From NCBI GenBank assembly GCA_012295275.1, contig CM022666.1, positions 6,262,001 through 6,326,000 of the forward strand: a stretch of DNA of 64,000 nt. Reading direction: 5' to 3'. A program made the position numbers and the translations under genes. The notes beneath the pieces are model-generated. The model ran no database searches, was not told the DNA's origin, and saw nothing but the letters and a program-made list of their open reading frames with translations. This DNA is from Chrysomallon squamiferum. Taxonomy: Eukaryota; Animalia; Mollusca. Below are positions 41,983-55,329 of the stretch, in pieces. The stretch's first letter is position 1; each line of letters opens with the position of its first letter.

Positions 41983-43574
41983 ATGGACAAAGTTAACCAG
42001 ATTCGCAAACAACTATCAAAATACCAATACGTGCAATATACTTTTTCGGACATAAATGGAACCACTCGTGGTAAGATCTTGCCAGTTCGAAAGGCTGACG
42101 TATTTGAGAAAGGGATAGAATTATATAGCGGTAAGTGGCGAAATGTCAACAAATAAAAAATCGTTAATGTTTTCTATATCTGTATTGCGCAATATATATA
42201 TTATCTAGTTGTGTGTTTCTAAAATAAATGTGTAGAAAGGTAGTAAAAATAAGTCAAACATTTTATAAACATACATTCCTATTATTGAATTTAACCTCAA
42301 AACTGCAGCTGTTCCAGTTCATTGCATCTGTTATTTGATCAGATTAATATCGTTGAAATCGGAGTCAAAAGACAACAAAAAATAAAAACAAAATAAAATA
42401 AAAGACATTAATATATTTGTTATACATAAAGATTATTTTATATTGCAGGTTCTTTGATGTTTTCGCACAAAAGTGATTTGTCGTTACCTGAAGAGATAAA
42501 ACAGAACGGCTTCCCAAACATGGCTGTCATCCCAGATTTAGACACCCTACATCCGATTCCTTGGGCCGGAAATGGAAAATTTAAAATTGCTGAATTCTTC
42601 TGCGAAACCGCGTGGATCCCAGATCTTAAGTATCTGGAAGCTTGTCCCAGATATATAGCGAAACAACAATCACAGAAACTGCAAGAATTAGGTTATGAAT
42701 TGTTCTCCGGATTTGAAATGGAATTTGTTCTGAGCCATCGGCAATCTGGAAAACCGGTATTTGAAGGTCAGGATTTTTGTATGAACAAGACCTTCAGACA
42801 TGTTGAAGGGTTTCTCCTTGAACTGGATAGCCTGTTACTGGAATCTGGTGTAGAAATTGGTAACTTATATACAGAATGCGGCCCTGGTATGATAGAGTGC
42901 GCGATGAAGCCTCAGTGGGGAATCAGAAGTCCAGACGCATCGTTTGGATTCGCCCAAGGACTGCTTGAAATAACCGAACAACGTGGCTTTGATGCATCTT
43001 TTATTTCTAGACCTAGTATGACCGAGGATGGCATGGGTTCACATTTTAATCATTCTCTTTGGAAAAAAGAAACGAAAGCCAATGTGTTTTATGATCTTGG
43101 ATTGGAGGACTCGTGAAACATGCTGATGCGCTGACAGCAATTTGTTGTCCAACAGTCAATTGTTATCTTCGTCTGTTCCAGCCTTGGACACCTGGAAAGT
43201 GTTTCTGGGATATAGACAATCGAAATTCTGCTATTCGAGCGAAAAACTTCATATACTGAAAATCGAATTCCAAGTAGAAAATATAATCCTTACCTGGTGT
43301 TTGCAGCAACCATTGTTGCAGGTATTGACGGCATTATAAACAAGATAGAATGTCCACCACGTAATGATGCGTCTGCTAAGGATTTGTCCACTTCCCTGAC
43401 GTCTGCTTTGGACGCTTTGAAAAATGACAAAGTAATGGTTTCAGCACTGAGTCAAGAATTTGTAGACTGGTTTATCCAGCTGAAAACAGAAACAGAAATA
43501 ACACCTTTACGAGGAAAAGATGCACCCAAGATGACGAAGAGAGACTACGTTTAGAAAGATAAGTGTATGAATAA
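41983..43574 (+). pseudogene. GS-I-like/lengsin-like copy A, pseudogene
   Basis: Exon 1 41983-42130, exon 2 from 42449. Relative to intact copies: 37-bp deletion at ~43097 (stop at 43114-43116), ~14-bp deletion at ~43249, 1-bp deletion at ~43528, nonsense TAA at ~43560. Confidence 0.9.
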
Positions 43575-44441
43575 TTGTGAAATATTCAGCCGAATTTTTG
43601 TTTTTAACAATAATAACTGGTAGGAAGTTATCTAAACTTTGCCTGCGTTGTACCTTCTGAAAGTACCTGTGCAATGGGTGACCTGATATGTGTATTCAAT
43701 ATTGTATCATTATTAACGACAGAATATGACATAAAAAAAAAAAAAAAATAAATAATGAAAATAATGAGAAATGTCTAAGCATATGCATTACAAATATATA
43801 ATTAATTAAATATTTCACTCATGCTTATTTTATTTTTTGATATTGTTTTTACATCTAACTGGGAAGTTTATAGATTCCTGTTGTTTTGAAGATAAAGAAA
43901 TAACGGATATAATAAGAAAAATACAATTAATTGTAATGATTATTACAAAAGTATAGGTAGAATCATAAGTTAATGCTTATGTTTGTAAATTAAAATAAAT
44001 ACTATTTTCCTCCGTTCCAAAACAGATTTTAAAATTTAATTTTGTATTATTTCGAATTTTGTCTTTACAAATATCCAACTCTTTGGTAAACATAAAGCAA
44101 AGAACAGACTGGTTCTTTTAAAACTGTCTTCTACATGTCAGGTAGTAAAACATTGTATATATTAGCATTTCAGGTATGCCGAGGAAACAGTCTAACAATT
44201 TTTATAAAATATGAAACTATAAAATTAATATTATCATCGTTATCATCAACAACGTCATCATTACCTTGCTGATGTGTTAAAGGACGTTTAAAAGGTGTGG
44301 GTTTTTAAAAAAAAATGCGCATGGTTTGACTATTTAAAAATTGAAATAACACAGTAATTAAATAAACATTTTGCTCTCCTGTTGCTTCTCTCTATCTGCA
44401 ACTGTCATCTATCCATCTATCTATTTACATATATATCTGTA

Positions 44442-44484
<43 letters not shown>

Positions 44485-44706
44485 CAAAACACGATTAAAA
44501 ATAGATGTCGAAGAAAGGTCAACAGGGAGAAATCATTGCAGTGCACTTTAACGTTTGAAATTACCTTTCTGGTTGTTCTGTTATTGTCTCAGAAATAAAT
44601 ATTGGCAAATTAGACTATTTAAAGAATTATAATTTTGTTTAAACAGTATTTAGAGGAATACCAAGGTGATGCGAGAGACACCAGACATGATTTCCTCACT
44701 GAGACG

Positions 44707-44730
44707 TATAAATAACTTTGACCTAGAAAT
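44707..44730 (+). promoter_or_regulatory. TATA box plus conserved TTGACCTAGAAAT element upstream of GS-like copy B
   Basis: TATAAATA at 44707-44714, ~110 bp before the ATG. The following motif recurs at the same position before the other copies. Confidence 0.5.
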
Positions 44731-44821
44731 CTAGAGTCAGCTTCAATAGTTTTGCATCGACTGTTGCCTTCTCACTTCGACACTTTAAACTGAATCCTAG
44801 AGACTCAGCTCCCAAACCATC

Positions 44822-45129
44822 ATGGATAAAGTAGAAAAGACTCGAAAGAAACTATCAAAATTCCAATACATACAGTTTAGTTTTTCTGACATAAATGGAA
44901 CATCTCGTGGTAAGATCTTACCATTTCGAAATGCTGTGGAATTTGAGAAAGGGATAAAAATGTTCAGCGGTGAGAGTTATACCTTGTTGGTATTAAAATA
45001 TTTAATTATTATTTTTATGTATAAAGAAAATAATAATGATAATAATAATAACTAACTGGACCGAAAATTCAAGAAAAATAAGTTAAATATGACGTTTTTT
45101 TTTTTTTTTTTCCTTTTACCTTTTCTTTT

Positions 45130-45182
<53 letters not shown>

Positions 45183-46695
45183 ATTTTTTTTTCTTTAATA
45201 TACTTTTAATTTTAATTTTTAAAATTTATTTTTTAATACATGTTAAATCTCCGGATGAGAAATGTTGCTTATTCTAAAATTAAAACGTCACTCGAATGTA
45301 AGTAAACAAATATTACCAAAAATTTCAAAGCCTGATGCAGAAATGATCGGCTTCAAGGAACTAGTTTTGTGAGAATATCAACGGATTCTCCAATATTTGC
45401 TATTTGATAATCAAGGAGATATTAAAACCCAGTTAAGATCATTAATCATACAAAACAAAGACAGAATATATTTTTAAATATGTTTTGTTATTGCTAATAT
45501 TTCAGTTTATGTTTCAGGTGCATTAATGTGTTTCTACAACAGTGGTTTATCATTTCCACAAGTAGTAACTGACAGTGGCTATCCTAACATGGCCGTTATC
45601 CCAGATTTGGACACCCTACATCCGCTTCCTTGGGCCGGAAATGGAAAATTTAAAATTGCTGAATTCTACTGCGAAACCGCGTGGATCCCAGATCTTAAAT
45701 ATCAGGAAGCCTGTCCCAGATATGTAGCGAAACAACAATTAAAGAAACTGCAAGACTTAGGTTATGAATTGTTTTCCGGATTTGAAATGGAATTTACTCT
45801 GATCCATCGACAGACTGAAAAACTGGTATTTGAAGGTAATAATTTTTGTATGAACAAGACTTTCAGACATGTTGAAGGGTTTCTCCTTGAACTGGATAAC
45901 CTGTTATTGGAATCCGGAGTAGAAATTGATGAGTTATGTAAAGAATGCGGCCCTGGTATGATAGAGTGTGCGATGAAGCCTCAGTGGGGAATCAAATGTC
46001 CGGACATGACATTTGGTTTTATCCAAGGTCTCACTGAAATAGCTGAACAACACGAACTGCTTCCTTCGTTTATGTCAAAACCAAACACATCCGACAGAGG
46101 CATTGGTTCACATTTTAATCATTCTCTTTGGAATAAAGAAACGAAAACCAACGTGTTTTATGATCCTTCCAAAGATGATTTCTTATCAGACATCGCCCGA
46201 TATTGGATTGGAGGACTCGTAAAACATGCCGATGCACTAACAGCAATTTGTTGTCCAACAGTCAATTGTTATCGTCGTCTCTTTCAGTTCATGTCTCCAG
46301 CAAAATGTTTCTGGGGCATTGACGATAGAAATGCGACTTTTCGCATGAAAAATTATGGATCAAAGGACACATATGTTGAAAATCGAATTCCAAGTGGAAA
46401 ATGTAATCCTTACCTGGTGTTTGCAGCAACCATTGCTGCAGGTATTGACGGCATCGTCAACAAGATAGAATGTCCACCTCGTAATGATCCGTCTGCCTCG
46501 GATCTGCCCACTTCCTTGTCGTCTGCTTTGGACGCTTTGAAGAAAGATGACGTAATGGTGTCAGCACTAAGCCAGACATTTGTAGATTGGTTCGTCCAGC
46601 TGAAAACGGAAATGGAAATAAAACCTTTAAGAGGAGAAAAGGCACCGCACGATGACTATGAAAGACTGGTTTTGGAAAGAAAAATGTATAAATAA
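44822..46695 (+). CDS. Glutamine synthetase type I-like (lengsin-like) protein, copy B, 441 aa, intact
   Basis: Exon 1 44822-44969 (SDINGTSRGK), GT-AG intron, exon 2 45518-46695. Motifs: PDLDTL, ACPR, GFEMEF, ECGPGMIE, GSHFNHSLW, PTVNCYRRL, WGIDDRN, VENRIPSG, NPYL. Confidence 0.93.
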
Positions 46696-48272
46696 AGGTG
46701 GAAAATCCTGATAAAAAATCTTATTTAGTGATTGTCGATATAACATCATCAAATCTGCAATTAAAATTACGCATTTTTGTAATTTCGGCTATTTACTCAA
46801 ACTTTAGTATGTTTGTTTCTTGTTGTTGTTTTGTTATTGTTTTTACCAGCAATCAAATTTTACGATCTAACATTTAAGGACCCCTTATTTTTATGTATTA
46901 AACTGACTAAAGGAACAGAAATTGTAAATTAACTAGTCTTAAAAATGTAATGGGTGTGGCCAGCATACCCAGTTATATAAACTTAATTCGCATTCAGTCT
47001 GATCACAGTTATCTCCTCTTTAACTTCCAAGCATTTAGTAATCGTGCAAAAACCAGAGTCACCTCTTTTATGTTCATACTTGGACAGCAACGCAAACACT
47101 GAATAAATGCACAAACAGAAACACGTTTTCCCCGAGTTGTGGCGCCCTCTTCGAAAACAATACCGGTTATCTCCCTCAGTCAGAATAACTTTTATAGTTA
47201 GGAGTGTGAATAATATTTTTGATCTTCATTTAGATTCAGACGTATTTGATTTTCCTCCGGTTTACCTATCAAAATAGAACAAATTAGTTGTTTGTTTTTA
47301 AAATGAATCTCAGCTTTTGAAAATAAATCTTTTACGATATCAACCAGCAATTAATAATGAACTTTTAACAATAGACTGCATGCAAATAACAAGTAATTTA
47401 TCGAAGCAAATACAGTTCCGTCCCAAAACGCTATAATTTTGATCAATATCCCAAACTATAAAAACGTATTTAGTCGTATCTTTACATTTTTTCAGTGATT
47501 GCAGGATCAATAATTTATTTGTCACTTAGTCACTAAAAAACAGAATGTTTTTGAAAACAGCACAGTTTATTTATTATAAATAAGGAAAAAGAAGATTAAG
47601 TTCAAAAAGTTCAGTGGATGGTTATGTCCTTGACCTAAAATTCAATCTGTGTTATTATCAACGAAAACAAGTTTTATGACAGCAGTTTGAGTGGATGCTT
47701 TCTTATGGTTAGTCAATGTCCTCTTGAAACGTTTTTTACTTTCTTTCTTTCTTCTTTGGTTGTTGTTACGTTTTACGCTTTAGTCTGAGCGAAAAACACA
47801 TTAACTCTGCAAATGGCTTTTATGCATGGATATGATAGGTTTTTACATTTCAATATCCGAGATCTTTAAGTCTTTTTTTCGCTCCGACAGTCTTCTAATT
47901 ATATGAAGGAAGGTTAACGGGAAGGGTTCATTGCGCATCAACTGCTACTAAAATTACTTTTATAGTACCTACACTTAAATCTTTATTATAATCATTATGT
48001 CCTTCGATGAAAATTATTTTATTATTTTATTTTGTATTTTAAAAAAAAAAAATCTAGGAATATATTTAATGTGAATATTTGAACTTTTAAAAATAAATTT
48101 GAATTATGATGTTGTTGTTGTTGCATATATAATCAGTTTGCAACAAGCCGGTTGTATGAATAAAATTCAAACCTTGGCCTAGAAATGTATTTGTCACTTG
48201 ACTGGTGTTGGTGGTCACTTCTCGTCACAAATATTTTTTACCCAACAACAGCACAGTTATCTATATTTCACT

Positions 48273-48724
48273 ATGGATAAAGTTAACCAGATTCACAAAC
48301 AACTATCAAAATACCAATACCTGCAGTATACTTTTTCGGACATAAATGGAACATCTCGTGGTAAGATCTTACCAGTTCGAAACGCTGACGAATTTGAGAA
48401 AGGGATAGAAATAAATAGCGGTAAGTAGTGAAATGTCAACAATTGTGAATAAAAATAAAAGTTTGTTGCTTAATATACATATTGTTTGGGGGTTTATATG
48501 TTTTTTTTGTTTTGTTTTTTTTTTTCTCTCTCTTTCCTTTGTTGTTCTTGTTTCTTTGTAAGAAAAATGAATGGGTAGAAAGGCAATAAAAATATGTGAA
48601 ACCTTTTCTACCATTACTAAATTTTAGCTGAAAATTGTACTTCCTTGAGTTCAAAGAACCTGTTATTTCATCAGATTAGTATCCTTCAAATCGGAGTTAA
48701 AAGACAGCCAAAAAAAAAATTAAA

Positions 48725-48815
<91 letters not shown>

Positions 48816-50046
48816 TAATCAAATACATTAATATATTTCTTATACATACAGTTTATTCTATACTACAGCTTGTTTGACGCTTTCCCATAGAAGTGATTTA
48901 TTGTTTCCTGAAGAGGTCAAAAACAGAGGCTTCCCAAACATGGCTGTCATCCCAGATTTAGACACCCTACATCCGATTCCTTGGGCCGGAAATGGAAAAT
49001 TTAAAATTGCAGAATTCTACTGCGAAACCGCGTGGATCCCGGAAATTAAGTATCAGGAAGCTTGTCCTAGATATATAGCGAAACAACAGTTACAGAAATT
49101 GCAAGATTTAGACTATGAATTGTTTTCCGGATTTGAAATGGAATTTGTCTTGAGGCATCAGCAATCTGAAAAACCGGTATTTGAAGGTAATGATTATTCT
49201 ATGAACAAGGCCTTCAGACACGTTGAAGCATTTCTCCTTGAATTGGATAGCCTATTATTGGAATCTGGTGTAGAAATTGGTGACTTGTGTACAGAAAACG
49301 GTCCTGGTATGATAGAGTGCGCGATGAAGCCTCAGTGGGGAATCAGAAGTCCAGACGCATCTTTTAGATTCGCCCAAGGACTGCTTGAAATAGCCGAACA
49401 ACGTGGATTTCTTGCATCTTTTATTTCCAAACATAGTATGACCGAAGGTGGCATTGGTTCGCATTTTAATCGTTCTCTTTGGAAAAAAGAAACGAAAACC
49501 AATGTGTTTTATGATCCTTCCAAAGATGATTTTTTATCAGACATTGCTCGATATTGGATTGGAGGACTCTTGAAACATGCTGATGCGCTGACAGCAATTT
49601 GTTGTCCAACAGTCAATTGTTATCGTCGTCTCTTTCAGCCTAGGATACCTGGAAAGTCTTTCTGGGGCATTGACGACAGAAATGCATCTTTTCGTATAAA
49701 AAATTATGGAAGAAAGAACACATATGTTGAAAATAGAATTCCAAGTGGAAAATGTAATCCTTACCTGGTGTTTGCAGCAAACATTGCTGCAGGTATTGAC
49801 GGCATCGTCAACAAGATAGAATGTCCACCTCGTAATGATCCGTCTGCCTCGGATCTGCCCACTTCCCTGTCTTCTGCTTTGGACGCTTTGAAGAAAGATG
49901 ACGTAATGGTGTCAGCACTGAGCCAGACATTTGTAGACTGGTTCGTCCAGCTGAAAACGGAAAAGGCAATAAAACCTTTACGAGGAGAAAAGGCACCGCA
50001 CGATGACTATCAAAGACTGCTCTTGGAAAGAAAACTGTATAAATAA
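48273..50046 (+). CDS. GS-I-like (lengsin-like) protein, copy C, 441 aa, intact
   Basis: Exon 1 48273-48420, exon 2 48869-50046. Exon lengths (148+1178) and motifs match copy B. Confidence 0.93.
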
Positions 50047-51132
50047 AGATCGAAAATCCTGATCAAGATGTTTATTTAGTGCTTGTCGCTATACCATCAT
50101 CAGATCTGCAATTAAAATTACGCATTTTTAAAATTTCGGGGTTTACTTAAACTTTAGTATGTTTATTTCTTGGTTTGTTTGTTTCTTGTTGTTGTTTTGT
50201 TGTTGTTTTTATAAATTTTACGATCTAATACTGAAGGACCTCATATTCTTATGTATTAAACTTGCTAAAGGAACAGAAATTGTAAATTGACTAGTCTTAA
50301 GAATGTAATGGGTGTGGCGAGCATACCCAGTTATATAAACTTAATTCGCATTCAGTCTGATCACAGTTGTCTCCTCTTTAACTTCCAAGCATTTAATAAT
50401 TGTGCAAAAACCAGAGTCACCTCTTCTATGTTACATTCTTGGACGGCAACGCAAACAGTTATAGGTCAAATGCATTTATGACATCAGTTTGACCTCTAGA
50501 AACGTTTTTCTTTCTTTCTTTCTTTCTTCTTTGATTGTCGTCACGTTTAACGCTTTAGTCTGAGCTATAAAAAAAACATATTAACTCTGTTTGTTTGGAT
50601 ATGATCTCAGCTTTTTTTCAAATCTGTATCCTAGATCTTTAAGTCTTTTTTTGTCGCTCCGACAGTCTTCTAATTATATGAAGAAAGGTTAAAGGGAAGG
50701 GTTCATTGTTCATCGACTGCTACAAAAATTACTTTTATAGTACCTACACTCAAGTCTTTATCATAATGATTATGTCAGTCCATGAAAATCATTTGATGGG
50801 TTGTTAAGGAAAAGAAGATTTAAAAAAAAAATAATTATATCTATGAATATATTTAATGTGAATTTTGAAACGAAAAAAAATTTGAATTATGATGTTGTTG
50901 AAACGTTTTTGCATATATTCTTCAGTTTGCAACAAGCCGGTTTAATAAATAAAATTTTAAATGGCTTTTATTTGGCCTAGGAAATTTATTTGTCACTTGA
51001 ATGGAAAGGTTTGCTGGTAATTTCTCGTCACTAAAATATTTGTTACCGAACAACAGCACAGTTATCTATATTTATTTTATTTTTTTTTTAATCTAGGAAT
51101 AGATTTTCGAATAAATTTAAAAAAAAAAAGCT

Positions 51133-51736
51133 ATGAAAAATACCAATATAATTTTTCTGACATAAATGGAAGATCTCGTGGTAAGATCCTACCAGTTCGA
51201 AACGCTGAGGAATTTCAGAAAGGGATAGAAATATATAGCGATATTGCATTGGAGGACTCGTGAAACATGCTGATGCGCTGACAGCAATTTGTTATCCAAC
51301 AGTCAATTGTTATCGTCGTCTCTTTCAGGCTAGGATACCTGGAAAGTCTTTCTGGGGCATGGACGATAGAAATGCATCTTTTCGCATAAAAAATTATGGA
51401 AAAAAGAATACATATGTTGAAAATCGAATTCCAAGTGGAAAATGTAATCCTTACCTGGTGTTTGCAGCAAACATTGCTGCTGGTATTGACGGCATCGTCA
51501 ACAAGATAGAATGTCCACCTCGTAATGATCCGTCTGCCTCGGATCTGCCCACTTCCCTGTCATCTGCTTTGGACGCTTTGAAGAAAGATGACGTAATGGT
51601 GTCAGCACTGAGCCAGACATTTGTAGTCTGGTTCGTCCAGCTGAAAATGGAAATGGAAATGAAACCTTTATGATGAGAAAACGTTCCTCACGATGACGAT
51701 GAAAGATTGGTTTTTGAAAGAAAAATGTATAAATAA
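51133..51736 (+). pseudogene. GS-I-like copy D, internally deleted pseudogene
   Basis: A degraded exon 1 is joined out of frame at 51240 to the middle of exon 2 (intron plus ~680 bp missing). Premature TGA TGA at 51671-51676. Confidence 0.88.
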
Positions 51737-51870
51737 AGGTGGAAAATCCTGATCAAAATTTTTATTTAGTGATAGTCAATATACCATCATTAGATTTGCA
51801 ATTAAAATTACGCATTTGTGTAATTTTGGCGATTTACTAAACCTTCATTATATTTATTTCTTTGTTTCTT

Positions 51871-51908
<38 letters not shown>

Positions 51909-53296
51909 TCTGTCAATCTTATGTATTAAACTGAGTAAAGGAACAGAAATTGTAAATTAACTAGTCTTAAAAGTTTAGTGAGCGTGGACCGCGTACCGTG
52001 TTATATAAACTTAATTCGCCTTCAGTCTGATCATAGTTATCTCCTCTTTAACTTCCAGGCATTTAATAATTGTGCAAAAACCACAGTCACCTCTTTAATG
52101 TTACATTCTTGGACGGCAGAAACAAGTTTTCCCGAGTTGTGACACCCTCTTCGAAAACAATAGCATTTATTTCCCTCAGGCACTATAACTTTTATAGTTA
52201 GGAGAGCGAATAAATATTTGACTAAGGTGTGCAGATACGGCAGGAATATTTTTGATCTTCATTTAAATTAAGACGTATTTGATATGTCTCCCCCTTACGT
52301 ATCAAAATGGGAAGAATTTAATTGTTCGTTTTTAAAATGAACGCAGTTTTTTGAAAATAAATCTCATACGATATAAACCAGCAATTAATAATGAACGTTT
52401 TACAATATATAACATGCAAATAATAAGTAAATTTTCGAAATATAGTTCCGTCCAAAAATGCAACATCCCAAAATATTAGAAACTTATGTAGTCATATCTT
52501 GCCATTACTTCAATGAATGCAGGATCAATAATTTATTTGTCACTTAGTCAATAAGAAAGGATTGTTATGAAGACAGCAAAGGTTATTTATCAAACTAAAG
52601 CAGAAGAAGAAGAAGAAGAAAACTAAGGTAAAAAATGGTTATGTCCTTGACCTAAAAATGAATCTGTACCATTAGATACAGCTAGTGGCTGTTTTCAGTG
52701 GTAGCCAGTTTTACCACAGTATGTCACTAGTCTGAGTGCACGCTTTCATGCTGTAAGTCAATGACTTCTAGAAGCTTTTTTCTTTTTTCACACGTTTTAC
52801 GCTTTAGTCTGAGCGAAAAACACATTAACTCTGCAAACAGCTTTTATGCGTGGATATGATAGGTTTTTACATTTCAGTATCCTAGATTTTTAAGTCTTTT
52901 TGTCGCTCCGACAGTCTTCTATTTATATGAAGAAAGGTTAACTGGAATGCTTCAATGCGCATCGACTGCTATTAATAATTATTTTTATAATACCTACAAT
53001 TAAGTCTTTATTATAATCATTATGTCCTTGCATGAAAATTAATACGATGTCTTTTTTTTTGTTTTTTGGGTGGTTTTTTTTTTGTGGTTTTTTAAGTCCC
53101 TGAATATATTGAATTCTTTAAGATTTTGAACTAGTATTATGTTGTTGTTGCATATATAATAAACGTGCAACAACCGGTTTACTGAATACAATTTAAAACT
53201 TGGCCTAGAAATGTATTTGTCACTTGGCTGGTGCAACTAGTAACAATCCGTGACAAATATTTTTTACCGAACAACAGCAGTTATCTATATTTCAGT

Positions 53297-54997
53297 ATGG
53301 ATAAAGTTAACCAGATTCGCAAAGAGCTATCTGAGTACCAATACATACAGTATAGTTTTTCTGACATAAATGGAACATCACGTGGTAAAATCGTACCGGT
53401 TCGAAACGCTCAAGAATTTGAGAAAGGGATAGAAATATATAGCGGTAAGTAGTTAAATGTCAGCAGTTGTCAATAAAAATAAATTTGTTGCTTAATATAT
53501 ATGCTGTGCACATACCTAGATACAAACATAGCTGTTGCTGTTGTTTCGTTGTTAGAAAAATAAATGTGTAGAAAGGTAATACAAATATGTCAAATCTTTC
53601 ATAAAGATAAATTACTATTATTGAATTTAACCTCAAAACTGAAGTTGCTCAAATTCATAGATCCTTTTATTTGATCAGATTAATATCCTTTAAACCGGAG
53701 TTAAAAGACAGTAAAAAAAAAAAAAAAAAAAAAAAAGTAAATAATAATAATAATAAATAAAAATAAAATAAAAATACATGACTATATTTCTTATACATAA
53801 AATGTATTCTATATTACAGCTTGTTTGACGCTTTCCCATAGAAGCGATTTGTCGTTTCCTGAAGAGGTCAAAAACAGAGGCTACTCAAACATGGCTGTCA
53901 TCCCAGATTTAGACACCCTACATCCGATTCCTTGGGCCGGAAATGGAAAATTTAAAATTGCAGAATTCTACTGCGAAACCGCGTGGATCCCAGATCTTAA
54001 GTATCTGGAAGCTTGTCCCAGATATGTAGCGAAACAACAATCACAGAAACTGGAAGACTTAGGTTATGAATTGTTCTCCGGATTTGAAATGGAATTTGTT
54101 CTGACCCATCGGCAATCTGGAAAACCGGTATTTGAAGGTCAGGATTTTTGTATGAACAAGACTTTCAGACATGTTGAAGCGGTTCTTCTTGAACTGGATA
54201 ACCTGTTATTGGAATCTGGTGTAGAAATTGGTAACTTATATACAGAATGCGGCCCTGGTATGATAGAGTGCGCGATGAAGCCTCAGTGGGGAATCAGAAG
54301 TCCAGACGCATCGTTTGGATTTGCCCAAGGACTGCTTGAAATAGCCGAACAACGTGGCTTTGATGCATCTTTTATTTCGAGATCTAGTATGACTGAGGAT
54401 GGCATGGGTTCACATTTTAATCATTCTCTTTGGAAAAAAGAAACGAAAACCGACGTGTTTTATGATTCTTCCAAAGATGATTTCTTATCAGACGTTGCTC
54501 GATATTGGATTGGAGGACTCGTGAAACATGCTGATGCGCTGACGGCAATTTGTTGTCCAACAGTCAATTGTTATCGTCGTCTCTTTCAGCCTTGGACACC
54601 TGGAAAGTCTTTCTGGGGCATTGACGATAGAAATGCATCTTTTCGTTTAAAAAATTATGGAAGAAAGAACACATATGTTGAAAATAGAATTCCAAGTGGA
54701 AAATGTAATCCTTACCTGGTGTTTGCAGCAAACATTGCTGCAGGTATTGACGGCATCGTCAACAAGATAGAATGTCCACCTCGTAATGATCCGTCTGCCT
54801 CGGTTCTGCCCACTTCCTTGTCGTCTGCTTTGGACGCTTTGAAGAAAGATGACGTAATGGTTTCAGCACTGAGCCAGACATTTGTAGACTGGTTCGTCCA
54901 GCTGAAAACGGAAATGGAAATAAAACCTTTACGAGGAGAAAAGGCACCGCACGATGACTATGAAAGACTGCTTTTGGAAAGAAAAATGTATAAATAA
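53297..54997 (+). CDS. GS-I-like (lengsin-like) protein, copy E, 441 aa, intact
   Basis: Exon 1 53297-53444, exon 2 53820-54997. Same structure and motifs as B and C. Confidence 0.93.
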
Positions 54998-55329
54998 GCA
55001 TCGAAGCAAGGGACGTATATTTATATACAATATTATTAATATGAAATCTATCCAAAAATATACTGTTAGCCGCACAACTGATGAAGGTATATAATTAATT
55101 AAATTATTACATTCATTTAATTTGTATTAATAAAATAGAAAAATTAAATAAAAAAATAATAAAAAAAACAACAACAAAAAAAAGATAATAATAATAAAAA
55201 AAATAAGAAAGCAATTTTTTGTCAAATGAGCATTTAAAAAAATAATACAAATAATTCACATAACGGAATTAATACATATGTATATAAGTCTCTCTCTCTG
55301 TCTCTCTCATTTTCAGTTTATGTTAAGCT

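Noticed and set aside
44822-54997. Bacterial glnA contamination or operon
   Set aside because: Each copy has a spliceosomal GT-AG intron at the same phase-1 position, and the spacers are homologous to host scramblase-proximal DNA.
44822-54997. Assigning GLUL, glnA or LGSN gene symbols
   Set aside because: The proteins are not GSII-type and lack ammonium-site residues. Orthology to vertebrate lengsin cannot be shown without a phylogeny.
46457-55055. Recurrent antisense ORFs (..KVLFPFPFSAGRT..) at 46457, 49808 and 54759
   Set aside because: They are the reverse frame of the conserved GS-like C-terminus, so recurrence is explained by the duplication.
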